A DNA stretch of 64,000 nucleotides. Origin: Fusobacterium necrophorum. Lineage in GTDB: Bacteria > Fusobacteriota > Fusobacteriia > Fusobacteriales > Fusobacteriaceae. A model generated the notes under the pieces. That model saw only the letters and a list, made by a program, of their open reading frames with translations, was not told the origin of the DNA and ran no database searches. Below are positions 17,276-23,942 of the stretch, one piece after another; within the stretch, counting starts at the first letter, position 1, and each line of letters starts with the position of its first letter. Made by a program: the position numbers and the translations under genes. The stretch spans positions 83,401-147,400 of the forward strand of contig NZ_SBAP01000001.1 in assembly GCF_004134945.1 (NCBI RefSeq), in the 5' to 3' direction.

Positions 17276-19273
17276 CTATATACTTCTAATCTCATTGATT
17301 CCAACCTGTTCTAATTTCTTGATGGCATTTGTTTTCTCTATATCATTTTTGAACGAAGTATCTCGCAATATCACTGTTGTTTTAAAATCTTTATCAATTT
17401 CCAATAATCTTCTATATTCTTCACAGATTGAATTGATTGTGTCTATCGTAATTTCTTTCTGTAAGTTTACTAATAAAGTTCCTCCACCTATCGAATAAAA
17501 ATCTTCATTTTCTTCTATTTCTATATTTAAATCTAATCCATATTTCAATAAAATTTCATACAATACATCCAATTCGCTTCTATCTGATTTTATATTATCC
17601 ACAGAATCAAATAAACTCTTTTCTAAATTTTCAGTTTCTGTATCCCATTCTTTTATATTTGATGAGTCTAGCTTAAACACTTTAAAACCTATATCTAATT
17701 TTTCTCTATTTTCTAAAGGTAAACTTTCATCTGCTTTTATTTTTGCTCCTGCTCTTCGGATTCTTTCCTTTCCGATTTCACATATATTTTTATGCCCTGC
17801 CTTGTAGGCTTCTGAATTTTTATCACAAGGTTCCGGAAGTTGTACCATAATAAATTTCCGATTTCCACCATCTTCTGCATTGAGTTGCATCACTGCATGA
17901 GCTGTTGAAGAACTACCAGAAAAGAAATCCAGACAAATAAACTGATCGTCATCTACTATCTTCAACATTTTTTTTAACATTTTAATAGGTTTTTTCCCAC
18001 TATTGAAAGCAATTCCACCTTCATGTCGGATATTACCAAAATCAGCACTATAATCATAAATAATTGACTATCGGACTATATTTTTTAGAAATTCCTCTAA
18101 CCAATTCTTCTTTTCTTTCCATAGGAATTCCGGAAAAAAATTGTCCTCTTATAGATGTTTCTTTTTTAGGACCTGTAAAGTATCTATACCCCAATCCATC
18201 TTCACCTATATTTTCTACTTTATACAATACATTTAGTCCGTCTATATCTTTTCTTTTTGAGATATATGTGTCAAAAAATTTCCCTGATGTATTGCCTATT
18301 AAAACACTCCCAGAAGCCCAAGTATCTTTTAATCCATTTATAAAATCATTTTCTTTTTCAACTATCCTATATTCATTTTCTTTAAAAATTTTAACTTTTT
18401 TATTACCTAAAACGATTTCTTCTCCCTTAGTCAATTCCTTTATTTCCCATTTAAATTTTTTCAAATCATATTCCTTATATGGTTTATTTGGAGTAAATCG
18501 ATTTTTATTTTTAGAATAAATACACACATATTCCATAACAGGTTGAAAATTATCTTTTTCATTTAATGATTTATTTATATATCTTACTTGAATATGAAAT
18601 GTTTCTAAATAATTTTCTTCCCCAAAAATCTCATTACATATTTTTCTAAGATTATAAATTTCTTTTTCATCTATGGAAATAAAAATAACACCATCTTCTG
18701 TTAATAAATTTCTTGCTAATTTCAATCTTGGATACATCATATTTAACCAGTTCGAATGATATCTGCCATCCGAGTCTATATTTGTTGTTAGTTTTATTCC
18801 TTCTTCATTGATTTGTCCTGTGATTCTTTTGTAATTTTCTACACTATCTTTAAAATTATCCTTATATACAAAATCTTTTCCTGTATTATATGGTGGATCT
18901 ATGTATATCATTTTTATTTTTCCATGATATGACTTTTGTAAGAGCTTTAATACTTCTAAATTATCTCCCTCTATATATAGATTGCTGGTGTGTGTGTGTG
19001 TGTGTGTGTGTGTGTAGTGTTCAGAACATTTTGTTCAGGTCTCAACGTTGCATTGCTCACTGTTTGAGCTATTTGTCTTGCTTTTGCTTTTCCATTCCAT
19101 GTAAAAGAGTATCTTTCTTTCTCGGTTTCTATGCTATCTCCTAGCAATTGTTTTAACACTTCCAAATCTATTTTTCCCTCTGTAAATATTTCGGGAAAAA
19201 TTTGTTTTAATTTCTCAATGTTATCTTGTGTTAAATCCATGCTTGTTCCACTTAGCTTTTCCAAATCTCTCAC
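17276..19273 (-). pseudogene. mod: Type III N6-adenine DNA methyltransferase Mod, split into three ORFs (N-terminal 100 aa; middle 285 aa with DPPY; C-terminal 234 aa with FxGxG-like motif). The first break sits at the dinucleotide tract, the second is a separate frameshift
   Basis: N-terminal piece (18971-19273) reads ERYSFTWNGKAKARQ...THTHTHTHTHT and stops right after the repeat. The frame of the 18054-18911 ORF is open upstream through the repeat (…TSNLYIEGDNLEVLKLLQKSYHGKIKMIYIDPPYNTGKDFVYKD), the canonical Mod motif IV region. The 17276-17980 ORF frame is open upstream to a TAG at 18068-18070 (…YDYSADFGNIRHEGGIAFNSGKKPIKMLKKMLKIVDDDQFICLDFFSGSSSTAHAV, motif I region). The frame change must occur within about 11 nt (18057-18067), where there is no repeat. 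Confidence 0.85.
18988..19015. repeat. (GT)14 / (CA)14 dinucleotide simple-sequence repeat inside the mod coding sequence, encoding (Thr-His)n
   Basis: Direct count in the sequence gives 14 GT units (28 nt). Because 28 is not a multiple of 3, unit gain or loss changes the mod reading frame. Confidence 0.95.
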
Positions 19274-19295
19274 TCCTTTTTATTATATAATATCT

Positions 19296-19405
19296 TCTTA
19301 TATTATCGACTGAATCAAATAAACTCTTTTCTAAATTTTGGATTTCCTCCATCTTCCGCATTCAATTGCATCACTGCATGGGCTGTGGTTGCAGAACCCT
19401 CTCGT
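19296..19405 (-). other. Partial, internally deleted relic of a second mod 3' end (homologous to mod segments around 17590-17640 and 17853-17916)
   Basis: tattatcgactgaatcaaataaactcttttctaaatttt nearly matches tatattatccacagaatcaaataaactcttttctaaatttt in mod. gatttcctccatcttccgcattcaattgcatcactgcatgggctgtgg matches gatttccaccatcttctgcattgagttgcatcactgcatgagctgttg in mod. The two blocks are contiguous here but about 215 bp apart in the mod gene. Confidence 0.6.
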
Positions 19406-19430
19406 GTCAAGTGAATGACACAAAATATTT

Positions 19431-20726
19431 TTATAAATCTATGATTGCTTCATTAAGCAAAAAATCCTCTACTCCAATGTATAAAATACCGTCATTATCA
19501 TGTTTAGGAATAATGCGCTTCCTTACAATCACAATCTTCTTAAATGCATCATTTATTTTCTTAAGTGATGCCGTTTCTTGCTCTCTTTTCTCTGTACTGT
19601 CTACATTCAAAGCCGATTGAATATAGTACCTTTGATGCCCTTTGTTTATAATAAAATCAACCTCAAGCTGAACCTTTTTTCTGTTCCCGTCTTTCTTGAA
19701 ATCGTGTTCAACCACACCAACATCTATATTGTATCCTCTACGAAGCAAGTCGTTATAGATGATGTTTTCCATAATATGTGTGTCTTCTACCTGCCTAAAA
19801 TTCAATCTTGCATTTCTAAGACCTATATCCGCAAAATAGTATTTTAATGGTGTTGAGAAATATCTTGAACCCTTAACGTCATATCTATTGGCATGATATA
19901 TAACATATGCCTCCTCAAAGAAACTAAGATATTTGGAGATTGTGTTGGAAGATATTTTTATTTGCTTCTCCGACAAAAATCTTCTTGAAAGTTTAGTCGG
20001 ATTGGTGAGCGATCCAATGGCGGAAGATGTGAAATCAAGCAGTAATTCAAGTACCTCCTTCTCATTTTGTATGTTATTCCTTTCAAGAATATCCTTTATA
20101 TATGTTTCTTGAAATAAGTCTTTCAAGTATTGATTCTTTTCCTCATCACTTTTTAAGCTATAGATATACGGCATACCTCCATACACCGTATAATGCTCAA
20201 AAGCCAACTCTTTGTTTTCGTACAAATCATAAACTTCTGCAAATGACAGAGGATTTAGATGTATCTCATCCCCACGATCTCGAAACTGTGTAAGCACATC
20301 GGATGAAAGCATTTTAGAATTACTGCCTGTTACATAAATGTCCAAATTGCTGTGTTTCATAAGTCCGAGCAAGACATCAACAAAGGTTACATTCTTTTCT
20401 TTACTGTCAATATAAGGATTACTTACAGCCACGGATAATTGAATTTCATCAATAAAAATGTAGTATTTTTGATTTTTGTTTTTAGTTTTTTCCTTGATGT
20501 ATTCGTTCAATCTGAATGGATTTCTATATTCAAGATTATCTATTTCATCAAGTGCAATCAATATGATTTGTTCTTCTTTGATGCCTTTGGATAATAGGTA
20601 CTCTTGGTACAAATGAAATAACAGATATGATTTCCCGCATCTTCTTATCCCTGTAATAATCTTTACCCTGCCGTTCTCTCTTTTATCTATAATTTTCTTC
20701 AGATAATAATCTCGTTTAATTATCAT
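19431..20726 (-). CDS. AAA+ ATPase with C-terminal DUF4143 (COG1373-type predicted ATPase)
   Basis: Walker A (GIRRCGKS) and Walker B (YYIFIDEIQ), plus a C-terminal DUF4143-like region. 431 aa. Confidence 0.8.
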   Translation of the reverse strand: MIIKRDYYLKKIIDKRENGRVKIITGIRRCGKSYLLFHLYQEYLLSKGIKEEQIILIALDEIDNLEYRNPFRLNEYIKEKTKNKNQKYYIFIDEIQLSVAVSNPYIDSKEKNVTFVDVLLGLMKHSNLDIYVTGSNSKMLSSDVLTQFRDRGDEIHLNPLSFAEVYDLYENKELAFEHYTVYGGMPYIYSLKSDEEKNQYLKDLFQETYIKDILERNNIQNEKEVLELLLDFTSSAIGSLTNPTKLSRRFLSEKQIKISSNTISKYLSFFEEAYVIYHANRYDVKGSRYFSTPLKYYFADIGLRNARLNFRQVEDTHIMENIIYNDLLRRGYNIDVGVVEHDFKKDGNRKKVQLEVDFIINKGHQRYYIQSALNVDSTEKREQETASLKKINDAFKKIVIVRKRIIPKHDNDGILYIGVEDFLLNEAIIDL

Positions 20727-20750
20727 ATAGCCACCTCACAAGAATAATTT

Positions 20751-20783
20751 CGGTGGATTTCCACCTTTTTATTTCGAGTTTAT
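20751..20783 (+). repeat. Hairpin plus T-run element, copy 1 (ggtggatttccacc tttttatttcgagt)
   Basis: Perfect ggtgga/tccacc inverted repeat followed by T5. A near-identical second copy lies about 78 bp away. Confidence 0.6.
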
Positions 20784-20828
20784 TTTATCATAAATCGGAA
20801 AACGAATCAACAATGGATAAAAAATTCA

Positions 20829-20860
20829 GGCGGACTTCCACCTTTTTATTTCGAGTCTTA
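20829..20860 (+). repeat. Hairpin plus T-run element, copy 2 (ggcggacttccacc tttttatttcgagt), degenerate
   Basis: One stem mismatch relative to copy 1. The downstream tttttatttcgagt is identical. Confidence 0.55.
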
Positions 20861-21003
20861 TAATTTCGTTCAAGCCGGGATATGTGTATAAACTCTTGAA
20901 ATAAAAAATTATTTTTTTCTTTCCAGAAAATTCTAAAAGTATTTTTTCATTTTCTTTTTTCAAAAAAGAAATCTTAAAATTCATTTTATAATTTCCTTAA
21001 GAA

Positions 21004-21038
21004 TCAAAAAAAAGAGATTACTCCTTCGTAATCTCTAA
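21004..21038 (-). terminator. Intrinsic terminator downstream of the tRNA cluster (9-bp stem agagattac/gtaatctct followed by U8 on the minus transcript)
   Basis: Perfect 9-bp stem with a 6-nt loop, followed on the minus strand by eight T (A8 at 21004-21011 on plus). It lies 20 nt past the tRNA-Asp 3' end. Confidence 0.7.
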
Positions 21039-21057
21039 ATGTTCCAAAAAATAAAAA

Positions 21058-21135
21058 TGGCGGGAGTGACGAGGCTCGAACTCGCGACCTCCTGCGTGAC
21101 AGGCAGGCGCTCTAACCAAACTGAGCTACACCCCC
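21058..21135 (-). tRNA. tRNA-Asp (GTC), CCA encoded
   Basis: Reverse complement reads GGGGGTGTAGCTCAGTTTGGTTAGAGCGCCTGCCTGTCACGCAGGAGGTCGCGAGTTCGAGCCTCGTCACTCCCGCCA. Cloverleaf folds, with anticodon loop CTGTCAC. Confidence 0.85.
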
Positions 21136-21151
21136 AACTTTTATAAAAATA

Positions 21152-21227
21152 TGGTGGTCGCAATAGGACTCGAACCTATGACCCTCTGCTTGTAAGGCAG
21201 ATGCTCTCCCAACTGAGCTATGCGACC
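21152..21227 (-). tRNA. tRNA-Val (TAC), CCA encoded
   Basis: Reverse complement reads GGTCGCATAGCTCAGTTGGGAGAGCATCTGCCTTACAAGCAGAGGGTCATAGGTTCGAGTCCTATTGCGACCACCA. Acceptor stem GGTCGCA/TGCGACC. Confidence 0.85.
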
Positions 21228-21230
21228 GAG

Positions 21231-21305
21231 TGGTACCCCGTAGGGGAATTGAACCCCTGTTTCCAGAGTGAAAATCTGATGTCCTAACCACTGAACGAAC
21301 GGGGC
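21231..21305 (-). tRNA. tRNA-Glu (TTC), CCA encoded
   Basis: Reverse complement reads GCCCCGTTCGTTCAGTGGTTAGGACATCAGATTTTCACTCTGGAAACAGGGGTTCAATTCCCCTACGGGGTACCA. Anticodon loop TTTTCAC. Confidence 0.8.
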
Positions 21306-21314
21306 AGATAATCA

Positions 21315-21390
21315 TGGTGCGTCATACAGGGTTCGAACCTGTGACCCCCTGATTAAGAGTCAGATGCTCTACCAACTGAGCTAATGACGC
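21315..21390 (-). tRNA. tRNA-Lys (CTT), CCA encoded
   Basis: Reverse complement reads GCGTCATTAGCTCAGTTGGTAGAGCATCTGACTCTTAATCAGGGGGTCACAGGTTCGAACCCTGTATGACGCACCA. Anticodon loop CTCTTAA. Confidence 0.8.
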
Positions 21391-21400
21391 AAAATGTTCT

Positions 21401-21477
<77 letters not shown>

Positions 21478-21550
21478 AACATTGCTATAATAGCATATAT
21501 AAGATACTTTGTCAATCTTTTTTCCATTCTTCTTTTATTTTTTTATTTCT

Positions 21551-22042
21551 TTATTTTTTAATGGAAAAACGTTCTCCTAGCATTTTTTGTAAAATTCTTA
21601 CTAAAAAAACTTGCCTCTCCATGTACATGGGAAGAATCATCTGTTTTTTATCTTTTGTAATAAAGTCCAAGACAGGAATGACTTTTCTTCCTATTTTAGC
21701 CTCTCGAACTTGTAGACTACTTAAATTCTCCAAATCAATATCCATTTTTTGAAATAGCAAATGTTTCTCTTTTGTGTGTAAAGTAATACGATATGTCCAC
21801 ATATTTCTACATTGGCGTATTCCAAAATAAAATAAGACAAGAGCAATCAAAATAAGATAATATTGTTTCAGAAAAAAAGCAACAAAAATCTCATAGCAAG
21901 CAATGAAAATAAGAGGAAGGGCAATTCCATATCCTCCCATTTTCTTTTTTTTCCCCAATCCAAAACTTTCTATTTCGGAAAAAGAAAGGTCTTCTCCTTC
22001 CAATTCCTCTATTTTTTTTACAAAATCTTCATAAAAAATCAT
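21551..22042 (-). CDS. Hypothetical membrane protein (two TM helices, C-terminal PH-like region; YcxB-like)
   Basis: 163 aa. Hydrophobic stretches IALPLIFIACYEIFVAFF and YYLILIALVLFYFGI. No recognisable catalytic motif. Confidence 0.45.
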   Translation of the reverse strand: MIFYEDFVKKIEELEGEDLSFSEIESFGLGKKKKMGGYGIALPLIFIACYEIFVAFFLKQYYLILIALVLFYFGIRQCRNMWTYRITLHTKEKHLLFQKMDIDLENLSSLQVREAKIGRKVIPVLDFITKDKKQMILPMYMERQVFLVRILQKMLGERFSIKK

Positions 22043-22055
22043 ATTTTCCCTCTTT

Positions 22056-23114
22056 CTATTTTACCAAATGTAAAATCTTAGGATCTTTGTATTCCAAATT
22101 ATGGACAGAATTGATATAACGCACCGTTTTACTTCTTCCTCTTACTACTAAAGTTTGTGTCTTTGCAATCATTCCTCTTCGATAGATTCCGCTCAATAAA
22201 TCTCCTCCTGTGATTCCGGTTGCAGAAAAAATGACTTCATCATCCTTGACTAAATCATCCATTCTCAAAATTTCTCCGACTCGTAAGCCCATTTCTTCGC
22301 AACGATTCTTTTCAAAATTGGAAATTTTATCATTTTCCAAAGAAACTCCTTTGACCTCACTTCTCAATTTCAATCTCGCTTGCATATCCCCACCTAAGGC
22401 ACGGATTACTGCGGCAGAAATGACTCCCTCCGGAGCTCCTCCGATTCCATATAACATATCGACATCCGAGTCCACTAAACAAGTTAAAATAGACCCTGCC
22501 ACGTCCCCGTCCGGCAAAGCATACACTTTAATTCCTAATTTTTGCAAATCTTTGATAATCTGTGTATGTCTTGGTTTATCCAATACAACTATCATCATTT
22601 CTTCTAATGTTTTTCCCAAAGCCTTTGCTACATTTTCAATATTTTCCACTAAAGGTTTTTCCAAATCAATTTTTCCTTTTGCTTCCGGACCTACAATCAA
22701 TTTTTCCATATACATATCAGGAGCTTTCAAAAAACTTCCTTTTTTTGCTACTGCTAAAACCGTCACTGCGTTTGCTTGTCCCTGTGCCGTCATTCTCGTT
22801 CCTTCCACCGGATCTACGGCAATATCCACAGGAGTGTAATAAGGCACTTCTCCTTCTTCCATTTCATCTTTTGCTTCTTCTTCATGATAAACTCTTCCCA
22901 CTTTTTCTCCGATATAAAGCATAGGAGCTTCATCAATTTCTCCTTCTCCAATGACAATTTCTCCGTCAATAGCAAGACGATTCAACATCGTTCTCATAGC
23001 ATCCACTGCGGCTTGATCTGCTGCCTCCTTATCTCCTCTTCCAACCCATTTGTGTGCTGCTAAAGCTGCCGCTTCTGTAACTCTGGCAAATTCAAGTGCT
23101 AGCTCTCTTTTCAT
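22056..23114 (-). CDS. glpX: Fructose-1,6-bisphosphatase class II (GlpX-type)
   Basis: N-terminal MKRELALEFARVTEAAALAAHKWVGRGDKEAADQAAVDAMR is diagnostic of GlpX. 352 aa. Confidence 0.85.
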   Translation of the reverse strand: MKRELALEFARVTEAAALAAHKWVGRGDKEAADQAAVDAMRTMLNRLAIDGEIVIGEGEIDEAPMLYIGEKVGRVYHEEEAKDEMEEGEVPYYTPVDIAVDPVEGTRMTAQGQANAVTVLAVAKKGSFLKAPDMYMEKLIVGPEAKGKIDLEKPLVENIENVAKALGKTLEEMMIVVLDKPRHTQIIKDLQKLGIKVYALPDGDVAGSILTCLVDSDVDMLYGIGGAPEGVISAAVIRALGGDMQARLKLRSEVKGVSLENDKISNFEKNRCEEMGLRVGEILRMDDLVKDDEVIFSATGITGGDLLSGIYRRGMIAKTQTLVVRGRSKTVRYINSVHNLEYKDPKILHLVK

Positions 23115-23419
23115 TGTTCCTCCTGACTCTTTTCATTTAATCTGTAAATGACTTCTTTCGGTTTTATCATTTGAAGTCTATTTCTTGCAATTCTTTCTCT
23201 TTCGTAATCATTGTCCAATTCTTCAATATTTTTAGTATACCTTTCTATCTCTTTTCTTTCTTTTTGATTCTTAGTTTCCAAATATTTTATTTCCTCTCGA
23301 ATTTTTTCAATCTTTGTCTGGCTTTTTAAAATTTGAGGAATCACTCCAAACATGGAATATGCAAAAATCAGCAATAGAAAAAGATAGCCTTTTGAAAATT
23401 TTTTCTTATTCTCTGCCAT
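23111..23419 (-). CDS. ftsB: Septum formation initiator family protein (FtsB/DivIC-like)
   Basis: 102 aa with a single TM then coiled coil (IEKIREEIKYLETKNQKERKEIERYTKNIEEL). Overlaps glpX by 4 nt and def by 14 nt. Confidence 0.65.
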   Translation of the reverse strand: MAENKKKFSKGYLFLLLIFAYSMFGVIPQILKSQTKIEKIREEIKYLETKNQKERKEIERYTKNIEELDNDYERERIARNRLQMIKPKEVIYRLNEKSQEEQ

Positions 23420-23927
23420 CTTTCATCGTTTCCTTTTTTAAGGCTTGCAGTTTCTTTGCAATCATTCTTTTCGCCATAGGAGACACTCGATCCACAAAGA
23501 GAGTTGCTTCCAAATGGTCATATTCATGTTGTACTACAATCGCCGGAAACCCCTCTAAAATTTCTTCCATGAACTCTCCTTGTTCATTTTGATATTCTAA
23601 TTTCAACTTGGCAATTCTTTCCACTTTTTTATAAATACCCGGAATACTTAAACAACCCTCTTCGACACTTATCGTTTCCTCGGTTAAAGGAGTTATTGAA
23701 GGATTGATTATTTTTTTTACATTACTTTCCTCCGGAGTCCCTATATCACAAACAAACATTCTAAGGCTAATTCCTACTTGAGGTGCCGCCAATCCCACTC
23801 CGTCCCTCGCATACATGGTCTCCACCATATTCCTTAAAATTTCTCGAATTTCATCATTTACCTCTTCTACTTTTTCCGTGATTTTCCGTAGTACAGGATC
23901 TCCATATTTTTTTATTTCGTAAATCAT
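23406..23927 (-). CDS. def: Peptide deformylase
   Basis: Three conserved motifs: GVGLAAPQVG, EGCLS and QHEYDHL. Confidence 0.9.
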   Translation of the reverse strand: MIYEIKKYGDPVLRKITEKVEEVNDEIREILRNMVETMYARDGVGLAAPQVGISLRMFVCDIGTPEESNVKKIINPSITPLTEETISVEEGCLSIPGIYKKVERIAKLKLEYQNEQGEFMEEILEGFPAIVVQHEYDHLEATLFVDRVSPMAKRMIAKKLQALKKETMKDGRE

Positions 23928-23942
23928 GTTTCTTCCTTTCTT

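Noticed and set aside
18976-19020. Considered whether the tgtgtg... run could be part of a CRISPR-like or minisatellite array
   Set aside because: It is a single uninterrupted dinucleotide tract of 14 units inside a coding frame. It has no spacers and no repeat-spacer periodicity.
18064-19144. Plus-strand ORFs 18064-18519 (151 aa) and 18890-19144 (84 aa, containing CVCVCVCV)
   Set aside because: They are antisense to mod and run through the GT tract, so they are not plausible genes.
20751-20860. Two about 33-bp direct repeats 78 bp apart, a possible minimal CRISPR array or att-site pair
   Set aside because: There are only two copies, each a hairpin plus T-run (terminator-like). No cas genes or integrase are present in the window. 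The spacing is far too short for island att sites.
22210-23063. Plus-strand ORFs of 209, 120 and 95 aa inside glpX
   Set aside because: They are antisense to a well-supported conserved gene and have low-complexity S/P/F-rich translations.
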